DNA of 63,259 nt from a virus (taxonomy: Duplodnaviria > Caudoviricetes), in the IMG/VR virus record IMGVR_UViG_3300025108_000002, positions 1-63,259 of that record. The stretch is one strand, 5' to 3'. Below, piece after piece: positions 47,613 through 55,788 of the stretch. The position numbers and the translations under genes were made by a program. Under the pieces are notes generated by a model. It did not search any database. It worked only from the letters and a program-made list of their open reading frames with translations, and had not been told where the DNA came from. The number at the start of each line of letters is the position of its first letter. Positions within the stretch are counted from its first letter, which is position 1.

Positions 47613-47992
47613 TACGCGTATAAAAATGCTGTAAATGTTACATAAACCGCATCAGCAACGATTGGTTGACGTCCTTGTCCGCCAGCGTTTGGATTTGGAT
47701 TTTGCGCAGTGTTAACTGGCTGTCCAACAGTTGATACAACTCCTCCTGGGTTTGCAGCTAAAGCAGCATTAAAAGCAGCTAATACGTCTCCTGCAGTAGC
47801 AGCAGCTGTATGAGTTATTTCTAATGTATTAAATCCAGCTCCTTGTCCAAAAAGAATAGTTGTTTTAGTAGTTGGGTTAGCAGTAGCATCGCCATCCTCA
47901 CCTGGTCTTATACCGATAATTTTGTCAGTTGCTACTAAAATTTCTGGTGTATTAGCCACTCCAGATAGTGGGATTTTTAAAAATTTTGCCAT
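47612..47992 (-). CDS. Hypothetical protein, possibly virion
   Basis: A/T/G-rich ORF with codon usage like the capsid gene. Confidence 0.75.
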   Translation of the reverse strand: MAKFLKIPLSGVANTPEILVATDKIIGIRPGEDGDATANPTTKTTILFGQGAGFNTLEITHTAAATAGDVLAAFNAALAANPGGVVSTVGQPVNTAQNPNPNAGGQGRQPIVADAVYVTFTAFLYA

Positions 47993-47995
47993 TTT

Positions 47996-48029
47996 TGTTA
48001 GTGTTAGTGTTAGTGTTAGTGTTAGTGTT
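47996..48029. repeat. Hexamer tandem repeat (TGTTAG)5 plus TGTT
   Basis: Direct reading; lies in the 5' leader of the 47992 gene. Confidence 0.95.
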
Positions 48030-48061
48030 TGGCTGAGGTTTTTACAGTCCTCTCTGTTTTA

Positions 48062-48430
48062 TTAATAGTTTCCAGACTTAATATTTCCAATTAATTTATT
48101 CATTTTTGTATTAGCATCATTAATAGAATCTCTAACAAATCCAGTCCTTTCAGATAATGCTTTAGTCTTGTTAAATTGTTCTTCTGTCGGAAACTTAGTT
48201 TTATTATAGTTTTCAATAGCCTTTTTTGCGTCTGAGTCTGCTTTATTAATAACTTCCTCTTGAGTTTGTCCTTGTTTATTTAGTCTATCATTATAGATAG
48301 TCATGCTTTCTTCATTTTGATTTAAAGGTGACATTCTAGACGATTGCGCATGTTTTGACATCCAAGAAGCATGAGATGCTACTGGATTATCATGCATTAA
48401 GTTGTACTTTTCTTGTTTGTTTGATTCCAT
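48062..48430 (-). CDS. Hypothetical protein, SP[FL] family
   Basis: SWMSKHAQSSRMSPLNQ. Confidence 0.7.
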   Translation of the reverse strand: MESNKQEKYNLMHDNPVASHASWMSKHAQSSRMSPLNQNEESMTIYNDRLNKQGQTQEEVINKADSDAKKAIENYNKTKFPTEEQFNKTKALSERTGFVRDSINDANTKMNKLIGNIKSGNY

Positions 48431-48436
48431 GATTAG

Positions 48437-48736
48437 TTATTTGTGATTTATGTTATTTTTTCTTGTAAATTCGTTGTGCATTTTGGCAACAGATCCATGA
48501 TGTTCTTTGTCATATTTCATATCGCCAGCTAACTTTGATATGTGTTTTTCGTCAGCAGTCATGTTTTCGTCACTATGCCCGTGTTTATTATCATATAACA
48601 CATCTCTTTTTAAATAATCTATATGCGCAGCATCGTCTCTTTCAGATGCTTTATAATTGCTACTAGTTACTTTTGTGTTTGAGCAACATCTAGCGTTTCC
48701 AGTATATTGTCCGTAATGTCCTTTTGAATATCCCAT
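48437..48736 (-). CDS. Hypothetical His-rich protein
   Basis: ERDDAAHIDYLKRD...DEKHISKLAGDMKYD. Confidence 0.7.
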   Translation of the reverse strand: MGYSKGHYGQYTGNARCCSNTKVTSSNYKASERDDAAHIDYLKRDVLYDNKHGHSDENMTADEKHISKLAGDMKYDKEHHGSVAKMHNEFTRKNNINHK

Positions 48737-48751
48737 TTTTTATTTATTTAT

Positions 48752-49458
48752 TTAACTACAAACACCATTTTTATAAGTACCACCAGCTAAAATACAATCT
48801 GCCATAGCTTGTTGCTGTTTAGTGTTAGTGTTTGATTTATTTTTTGTTGCTTTTGCTGCAATTAATTCTGTTTTTTTATTGAATTTAGAATTAGCATCAG
48901 TAGGCAAATAATTACCACTTGTATCGAATGTTCCTTCTCCTTTTTTAACTCCTCTTTTTTCCCTTCTAGCAACTCTTTTTTCTTGGTAATTACCTATGTT
49001 TTCAGGAGTCATAGCAGCTCTAGATCCAGCTACTATATTATCTTGTAATCTTTGAAAATCTGCAGCGTTAGAAACATAATGATAATCATCAGCGTTTTGA
49101 TAACTACCGCGTAAAGGACTACCGTAATTGGCTACGCTTTCAGTTTTTTTTTCATCTTATGATCTGCTTTGGCCTCTTTGATTTGCTTTTCTACTTGTAC
49201 TTGTAACTCGTAATCTACTCCTCCTTGGCCTTCAGCTCCTTCTTCTCCTTTTTTTACTCTAGCTAATTTAGCTTCTAATGCTGCAATAGCTTTAGGGTCG
49301 TGCTTTTTAGCTGGTGAATCGTGATGCATCTCTGCTGGAGACGCTAATATAGCCGCTTGGTGCTCTGGTGATAATTTGTTTTGACCTCCAACTAATGCTT
49401 TAGAAGCTGGACTCATAGGTGATTTAGCCGAAAAGGCTTTTTGAAATGGTGAACTCAT
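48752..49458 (-). CDS. SP[FL]-family protein split by a frameshift at an A9 run (49144-49152)
   Basis: ORF from 49458 stops at 49132; its -1 frame is open from the A9 run to 48752. Confidence 0.55.
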
Positions 49459-49460
49459 AA

Positions 49461-49727
49461 TTATATTTTTTCGTATGTTGATGTATTTTTTGGTGTGTTT
49501 GTTAATACGCCATCTTCGCATTCAACGTATTTTCCATATTTTTTACTATAAAAAGGTTTATCTCTTTTACAAGCTACTTGCTGTAAAGAATCTTTTGTTT
49601 TTTGAGATAACTCTCTTTTTTCTTTGCTAGCGTCTGTCTCTACAACAGAAGGTTCTTTTTGTCCAAATTCTTTTTTTTGATACAGTGGACTTTTGGCCAT
49701 AAATGGGCTTGTGAAATTACTACTCAT
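49461..49727 (-). CDS. Hypothetical protein, SP[FL] family
   Basis: MSSNFTSPFMAKSPLYQ. Confidence 0.7.
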   Translation of the reverse strand: MSSNFTSPFMAKSPLYQKKEFGQKEPSVVETDASKEKRELSQKTKDSLQQVACKRDKPFYSKKYGKYVECEDGVLTNTPKNTSTYEKI

Positions 49728-49738
49728 AATGTTTATTT

Positions 49739-49987
49739 TTATTGATCGTCTCCAGTTTTCTTAAGAACAATCTTTCCATTAACACATTCGAATTCTCCTT
49801 TTTCTCTATTGTATTCAGCTAAATTTTCTTCTGCGCTAATTGGAATTTCTTTTTTATCATATCCTCCAGCTTTGTTTTTCTTAGACATATCTAAACTAGT
49901 CTTAGATTTTCTTGACATATAGCTTTCTTTTTTCTTTGCCCAAGCAGCGGCACACTTATCTTGATAGAATGGTGAATTACTTTTCAT
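49739..49987 (-). CDS. Hypothetical protein, SP[FL] family
   Basis: MKSNSPFYQ start at 49987. Confidence 0.7.
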   Translation of the reverse strand: MKSNSPFYQDKCAAAWAKKKESYMSRKSKTSLDMSKKNKAGGYDKKEIPISAEENLAEYNREKGEFECVNGKIVLKKTGDDQ

Positions 49988-49988
49988 A

Positions 49989-50186
49989 TTATTTTTTTTT
50001 ACAACCAAAGTTATTTGCGTAATTAGCCATTTTAACTACTTCATCGCTGTATTTATTTTTACTTTTCATTACGGCGCTAGCTGCAGAACACGCGTCTTTA
50101 AACCCGTTTTTTTTAGCCCAAGCAGTAAACTTGCCTTTGTTCTTTTCCTTTATTTCAGGGAAATCTTTAAATAGTGGACTAAACAT
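49989..50186 (-). CDS. Small basic protein, SP[FL] family
   Basis: MFSPLFK; IKEKNKGKFTAWAKKNG...KMANYANNF. Confidence 0.75.
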   Translation of the reverse strand: MFSPLFKDFPEIKEKNKGKFTAWAKKNGFKDACSAASAVMKSKNKYSDEVVKMANYANNFGCKKK

Positions 50187-50407
50187 TAGTAACCTCCTTT
50201 TCCTTTAGCACACTCTGTTATAGGCATACCTTTATAATAGGTTTTTGCTTTTAACAATTGCATACCTGTTATTCCTGAACTTGAACCAACACCGTGTATT
50301 CTACCTTGTTGATCTAATGGTCCGTCCCATATTGCGCTTTCACCTACAACGCCGTGAGCGTTTTTAGATGCCATCGTCGCATTGTAATTTGGATCTGTTT
50401 TATGCAT
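50186..50407 (-). CDS. Hypothetical protein
   Basis: Coupled ORF VGESAIWDGPL. Confidence 0.7.
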   Translation of the reverse strand: MHKTDPNYNATMASKNAHGVVGESAIWDGPLDQQGRIHGVGSSSGITGMQLLKAKTYYKGMPITECAKGKGGY

Positions 50408-50431
50408 AATATTTATTTTAATTTTTTATTT

Positions 50432-50965
50432 TTAATATTTTCGAAAATGTCTTCCAGCAAAAGGTCTTAATGTATCTCTAGGTTGATCTTCACCTTGGTC
50501 GTAATTAGAAACAGTAGAGCTTGTAGGTCTTGGACCACCATAAGTTTCATTTTGATCTAAAGTTGTCATAAATTGACCTTTATCATCTTCTTGTATTTCA
50601 CTAAGATTTTCAACGTTGTACTTCATTCCTGAGATCTTGTCTTTCAAGTTATTAGATTTGTACGTGCTTTTTTCGTGAATACCTTCCTCTATTAGATCTC
50701 CAACATTTGCGTTTTGCGTTCCTAGTTTTTGCTGAAAAGGTGTAACTGAATTTTGTCTCATTTGCGTACTTCCAAAAACCCCTTGAGCAGCTGTCATAGC
50801 TGGATTATTAAAAACAGGATTAGCGTTACCCATCGTATTAGATGGTTGAGGAGGCATATTACCCATGTTTGCAGAAGCGGGCATTCCAGTTATTGGATTT
50901 ATCGCAGAAGCTATAGCTCCAATTCCAGCGGCTAATTGTTTATTTGGTGAATCTTTATAGGCCAT
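50432..50965 (-). CDS. Hypothetical protein
   Basis: MAYKDSPNKQ start; low-complexity N-terminal half. Confidence 0.7.
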   Translation of the reverse strand: MAYKDSPNKQLAAGIGAIASAINPITGMPASANMGNMPPQPSNTMGNANPVFNNPAMTAAQGVFGSTQMRQNSVTPFQQKLGTQNANVGDLIEEGIHEKSTYKSNNLKDKISGMKYNVENLSEIQEDDKGQFMTTLDQNETYGGPRPTSSTVSNYDQGEDQPRDTLRPFAGRHFRKY

Positions 50966-50966
50966 G

Positions 50967-51413
50967 TTATCTATTTTTATCTTTGTTTACGTTGTATATA
51001 GCTTTTGTTAAAACTTTATCAGTATAACTTTTACCATTTATTAATTTATTTCTTCTTTTACTTGTAGGTAAATCTTCTTCACCTAACATTATTCTGTATA
51101 TTCTATGTATAAGTTGTTTGCATTTAAATGATACTTGATACATATTGTGTTTTTGAGTTGTTCTGTTTCTTTTTCTCCATATAACAATCCAACCACTATC
51201 AACAAGTCTACTCCATCTTCTAGTTTCCCAGCTATAAGAGTATGTGCCTATTTTAAAATCTTTTATATTAAAAACACCTATAGAATCTAAATAAATTAAT
51301 AATTCTAAATCAGCGTCATTTAAATCATTATTCTTACATGCCCATTTCCTAATTATCCTATAATGCTTAAGTAAGTTTAATTCTTTAATGTCACTAACAC
51401 TTAAGCTTCTCAT
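50967..51413 (-). CDS. Putative winged-helix protein
   Basis: LNDADLELLIYL...RLVDSGWI...YQVSFK, MarR-like pattern. Confidence 0.5.
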   Translation of the reverse strand: MRSLSVSDIKELNLLKHYRIIRKWACKNNDLNDADLELLIYLDSIGVFNIKDFKIGTYSYSWETRRWSRLVDSGWIVIWRKRNRTTQKHNMYQVSFKCKQLIHRIYRIMLGEEDLPTSKRRNKLINGKSYTDKVLTKAIYNVNKDKNR

Positions 51414-51670
51414 GTCACTATTACTACGTCTTGAGCTTTTATAACGTGATATAATATTTTTTCAAATTCTACTTTATGACCAGCATGTCTATCAAAAAAT
51501 ATATTATCGTCTTTTTTTATACCAACAACTTCTTCACCTGCAGATACAACTACGGCTTTAACGTACCTTATATCTTCTCTTTGGTTTTCAGCAAGAAGTA
51601 AACCACCTTTAGTTTTAGTAGTACCTTCTTTTTCTTTGATTATTATTAAATTTCTACCTACTGCCTTCAT
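51410..51670 (-). CDS. groES: Co-chaperonin GroES
   Basis: TKGGLLLAE, VVSAGE, adjacent to GroEL. Confidence 0.9.
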   Translation of the reverse strand: MKAVGRNLIIIKEKEGTTKTKGGLLLAENQREDIRYVKAVVVSAGEEVVGIKKDDNIFFDRHAGHKVEFEKILYHVIKAQDVVIVT

Positions 51671-53210
51671 CTATTCTCAAATTATTGATTACACAATCTG
51701 TTGACAATATCGTAGTAGCTACTGAAGCTGCATTTTGAAGTGCACTTTTTGTTACTAGCAATGGATCTATAATGCCTGACTTAATCATATTTACCATATT
51801 TCCTGTAACCACGTTTAACCCTCTTCCTGTTTTTTTAGGTACTTCATAATCTTCAATACCAGCGTTGCTAAGTATTGTTTCAAATGGAGATTTTATTGCT
51901 TTTAATAAAACCTCTTCACCAATAGATTTAGATTTTATTTTACCTGAAGCATTCAAGAGAGCTATACCACCACCAGAAACTATACCTTCCTTTATTGCAG
52001 CTTTAGTAGCACAAATAGCGTCTTCAACTCTATCTGTTTTTTCTTTTAATTCAATATCAGAATTAGCACCAATTTTAACAATAGCAACTTTAGCGGCTAG
52101 CATTGCTAATCTTTTTTCTAATCTTATAACATCAGGTGTAGTATTTTTTTCTAATAACTTAGACTTAATGTCATTTATTATGTTTTTAACCTGCTCTGAG
52201 GTTTCTTTGACCTGTATAATAGTTTCACTATGAGTTGTAATACTTTTAACGCATTTACCCAAATGTTCTATTTGAATAAGATCCATATCATCTCCTAAGT
52301 CTTCATTTATAATTGTAGCGTTTGTAAGCATTGAAAGATCATCAAGCATTTGTTTTCTATTAACACCGTAAGTAGGTGCGTCAATAACATTTATGCGTAT
52401 GTTTCCTTTCATTTTATTCATAGCTAGAGCAGATAAAACACCTTGTTCTAAATCGCCTATAATAAGCAAAGGTTTGTTGTTTTTTATTACGTACTCTAGC
52501 ACTGTTTGAATCTGCCTTATTGTATCAATAGGTGATTCAACCAATAGCACTAGTGGATTTTCTAGTTCAGCAGACTTTGTTTCTTTATTTGTTACAAAAT
52601 GAGAGTTTTTTAATCCTTTTTCATATTGAACACCATCAACTATTTCTATAGCTGTTTCACCTATTGGTGATGGTTCCATTATAACAACACCCGTGTTATC
52701 TACGGCTCTAAAAGCGTCTGCTATTAATTTTCCTAAATTTTTATCATTATTAGTAGATATTGTTGCAACATTATCTATCATATCTCCAGTAACTTTTACA
52801 GATACTGATTCTAAATAGTCTACTACTTTTTTTACAGCTAAGTTGATCCCTTCTTTTAGTTCTCGTGAGTTTGTCTTAGTAGCTACTTTGTATGCTTCTT
52901 TCAATATAGCATGAGCAATCACGGTGGCTGTGGTTGTCCCGTCTCCAGCTTCTCTAACAGTTTTACGAGCAGCTTCTTTTAGTAAAGTAGCACCCATGTT
53001 TTCAACAGGATCTCTTAGTATCACCGAGTCTGCGACCGTTACACCATCTTTTGTAATCACTGGTCTTCCAGCATTATCTTCTAACATTACACATTTACCG
53101 CTAGCCCCAAGTGTGGAGCTAACAGCAGTTGTGAGTTTTGTTATACCTTTAAATACTTCTTCCCTAGCTTTGTCACCAAAGTTAAGGTTCTTGACTATTA
53201 AGTCTGACAT
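51654..53210 (-). CDS. groEL: Chaperonin GroEL
   Basis: ITKDGVTVA, AGDGTTTAT, EDAICATKAAIKEGIVSGGG, GIIDP. Confidence 0.97.
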   Translation of the reverse strand: MSDLIVKNLNFGDKAREEVFKGITKLTTAVSSTLGASGKCVMLEDNAGRPVITKDGVTVADSVILRDPVENMGATLLKEAARKTVREAGDGTTTATVIAHAILKEAYKVATKTNSRELKEGINLAVKKVVDYLESVSVKVTGDMIDNVATISTNNDKNLGKLIADAFRAVDNTGVVIMEPSPIGETAIEIVDGVQYEKGLKNSHFVTNKETKSAELENPLVLLVESPIDTIRQIQTVLEYVIKNNKPLLIIGDLEQGVLSALAMNKMKGNIRINVIDAPTYGVNRKQMLDDLSMLTNATIINEDLGDDMDLIQIEHLGKCVKSITTHSETIIQVKETSEQVKNIINDIKSKLLEKNTTPDVIRLEKRLAMLAAKVAIVKIGANSDIELKEKTDRVEDAICATKAAIKEGIVSGGGIALLNASGKIKSKSIGEEVLLKAIKSPFETILSNAGIEDYEVPKKTGRGLNVVTGNMVNMIKSGIIDPLLVTKSALQNAASVATTILSTDCVINNLRIDEGSR

Positions 53211-53238
53211 AATTTAATTTAATTTAATTTTATTTATT

Positions 53239-53529
53239 TTATTTAAAAGTCTTAACGACTTGTGGTCCACGAATATGAGCTAATTTTTTCTCATAATGGT
53301 TAATAGAAGCATCTATTGCTGATTCAGCGCCTTCCATTGTTTCGCGTCTCGTTACATCGATCCAACAATCTTCTTTTTTAGGATCAAGGTATTCTGTTTG
53401 GTAAAATCCATTTGGTAGTTGTACAATCCTCCAGTTTTTCTTCTGAACTATGTGTTCCCAAATTTTCTTGGTTTCTTCCGTAATTTGTGGTTGACTAGTC
53501 CACGTGTTAGTCTGGTAAAATAGTGTCAT
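53239..53529 (-). CDS. Hypothetical protein
   Basis: First ORF after a class II motif. Confidence 0.75.
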   Translation of the reverse strand: MTLFYQTNTWTSQPQITEETKKIWEHIVQKKNWRIVQLPNGFYQTEYLDPKKEDCWIDVTRRETMEGAESAIDASINHYEKKLAHIRGPQVVKTFK

Positions 53530-53584
53530 TGGTTTTGGTTTTAGTTTGACATTGGTTATCGCTCTTACCGAGCAGGTATATTTC

Positions 53585-53613
53585 TATTATCACTGGTTTT
53601 ATAACATTTTTAC
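53585..53613 (-). promoter_or_regulatory. Class II promoter-like motif
   Basis: GTAAA-N15-GTGATAATA. Confidence 0.6.
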
Positions 53614-53615
53614 TA

Positions 53616-54341
53616 TTATGTCATTACTTCTAATTTAATATATAAAAAGCCCATATTTGAACCAAGATTACCTCTCCAGTAATCTAAACTTTGGTTACCA
53701 CTAGTTATTGAAACCGTTGGGCTTCTTAGCCAAAAATTTTTATTTGAATATCCTGGACTAGATGTTTCAGCATAGTAATAAGTGCTGTCTCCTCCTGTGT
53801 ACGGTGGTGGCGATAAACCAGTTCCTCCTGATGGAGGAGCGCTGTTAGCTCTTTTGTTCCATCTTAAAGCCGTTGTACCTGTAGCTATATCAAACCAGGT
53901 TACGCTTGAATAAGAGGCAGTATTACTTCTACTGGTCTGCCACGCTGTTCCTGAATAAGTATCAAAATCAAAAGTTGTTGTACCCAAGGTTGCGTTTCCA
54001 CCAACTTGTAGATCTCCTCTAAAGCCAGTTCCACTAACGTAGTGCCATATAAACTTAATATCATGCCCTATGTAAGCATCATCAAGAGTTATCACTTGAT
54101 TAGTCCAACTGCTAGAACTAGATAATGATTGTCCAAAAATAGTATTAACTTGACCTGCAAAAACACCGTTGTAATTTCTAAAATTAGATAATCTATCTTT
54201 AGAACCTTCATAGGCTGGATCAAATGCGTTAGCATTTGCATTGGCAAAACAGTCTACCAGATCATCTGGCTGAGGGTTAAGTTTATCAAACTCGTCAACT
54301 ACATCTTGTAAAGAAAAAGTATTAGTGTCTGGAACCGCCAT
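53616..54341 (-). CDS. Tail-fibre-associated protein with MAM-like C-terminal domain
   Basis: YYYAETSSPG...WLRSP...GSNMGFLYI; follows the fibre gene. Confidence 0.6.
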   Translation of the reverse strand: MAVPDTNTFSLQDVVDEFDKLNPQPDDLVDCFANANANAFDPAYEGSKDRLSNFRNYNGVFAGQVNTIFGQSLSSSSSWTNQVITLDDAYIGHDIKFIWHYVSGTGFRGDLQVGGNATLGTTTFDFDTYSGTAWQTSRSNTASYSSVTWFDIATGTTALRWNKRANSAPPSGGTGLSPPPYTGGDSTYYYAETSSPGYSNKNFWLRSPTVSITSGNQSLDYWRGNLGSNMGFLYIKLEVMT

Positions 54342-55768
54342 TATTTTTCTAGCTTTTTAATTCTTGCTTCTAACTCAACAATTTTACTTATTAATAAATC
54401 TATATAAGCAACAGACTTTGTTCCGTCTACATCTTCTCTTACAAACTCTGGATTTGTTTTTTCTAACTCTTGAGCTATTACACCAACTCTTTTATAATCT
54501 GGTTCTAGCTTTAATTCAAAGCTCTTCCATTTAATATCTATTTTTTTAGGCTCTAAATCTTTTATATTCTTTTTTAATCTTTCATCTGAAGATAATATAA
54601 AATTTGTAGCAGTTGCGGTTCCGGTACAATAGATATTTGTTGTATTAGCCACAGGTCCTATACTAAAATACACTGTCTCGTTTGTAGTACCTGTGCTTAT
54701 ATAAGTTTGACTACTTGCTTGTAGTATTTGCACGTATTTATTTGAAGTAGATCCCGTATATCCAGTTATACTTCCAAAAAAAGCAGAGTTTCCTCTGACA
54801 TCTAGTTTAGCAACTGGACTCCCCGTGCCAATACCTAAATTGCAATTAGCAAATTCAGCCACTTCATCTGGTGATGAAATCTCAAGATAAGACTGTTGTT
54901 CACCTCCACTTATGTCACCAAATTGATAAACATAACCATCATTGTCAATATCAAGACCCGTTTCGTTTCCATTTGTTACTCTAAAACCAGATCCGTTAAC
55001 GTGTAACTTGGCAGTTGGTGCATTAGTTCCTATTCCAACGTTATTATTAGAATGAATCCGCATTATTTCAGTCGTGCTTCTTAAAAACGCGTGTGTGTTA
55101 GCTATATAGTTTAGAGCGTTGGTTGCGTTGTCTATAGTGCTGTATGTAGTCTCAGATCTAACGCTGAATCTATTTGTACCGCCTGTATCTCTTAATATTA
55201 AATATTGCTCACCTCTTATAACTCCATCTACATCTAATTTAAAACTTGGGCTATTATTTCCAATCCCGACGTTGCCTGTATTTCCTTCAATAAACATTTT
55301 AGTCGTGGTTGTTGTTCCCGTGCTAAAATAAATATCATCGACGTCTCTAGTTGTTCTTAGATTTAAATGATTATTTAACGCTCTCACATATGACGTTCCT
55401 GAATCATCAGTCAATAAAATTCCTCCATTGTCGCCAAACCTACCTTCTCCATCAACATCTAGTTTGTATGAAGGACTAGCTGTCCCGATACCAACATTAC
55501 CTCCATTAAAATATGAAGTAGAATCAGAACGTACCAGTACATTTGTATTACCAGCATCATCTCGAAGATACATACTAGCATCATTACCGGAGTCAAAGAA
55601 AAATCCAGAATAGTTGGATCCATTAGAATCATATCTAGCTGCCCAGCCATTAGCTGTAGCTTTACCTAATATACCTACAGAACTAGCTCCTCCAGTGTTT
55701 GCATTTATTCTTCCAGTAACAGTAAGATCACCGTTTATATTTTCATCACAATATAATTCTATTGCCAT
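54341..55768 (-). CDS. Tail fibre with peptidase S74 intramolecular chaperone
   Basis: Repeated GNVGIGT..P..KLDV units; SDERLKKNI...GVIAQELE. Confidence 0.9.
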   Translation of the reverse strand: MAIELYCDENINGDLTVTGRINANTGGASSVGILGKATANGWAARYDSNGSNYSGFFFDSGNDASMYLRDDAGNTNVLVRSDSTSYFNGGNVGIGTASPSYKLDVDGEGRFGDNGGILLTDDSGTSYVRALNNHLNLRTTRDVDDIYFSTGTTTTTKMFIEGNTGNVGIGNNSPSFKLDVDGVIRGEQYLILRDTGGTNRFSVRSETTYSTIDNATNALNYIANTHAFLRSTTEIMRIHSNNNVGIGTNAPTAKLHVNGSGFRVTNGNETGLDIDNDGYVYQFGDISGGEQQSYLEISSPDEVAEFANCNLGIGTGSPVAKLDVRGNSAFFGSITGYTGSTSNKYVQILQASSQTYISTGTTNETVYFSIGPVANTTNIYCTGTATATNFILSSDERLKKNIKDLEPKKIDIKWKSFELKLEPDYKRVGVIAQELEKTNPEFVREDVDGTKSVAYIDLLISKIVELEARIKKLEK

Positions 55769-55788
55769 TTAATTTAATTTTATTATTA

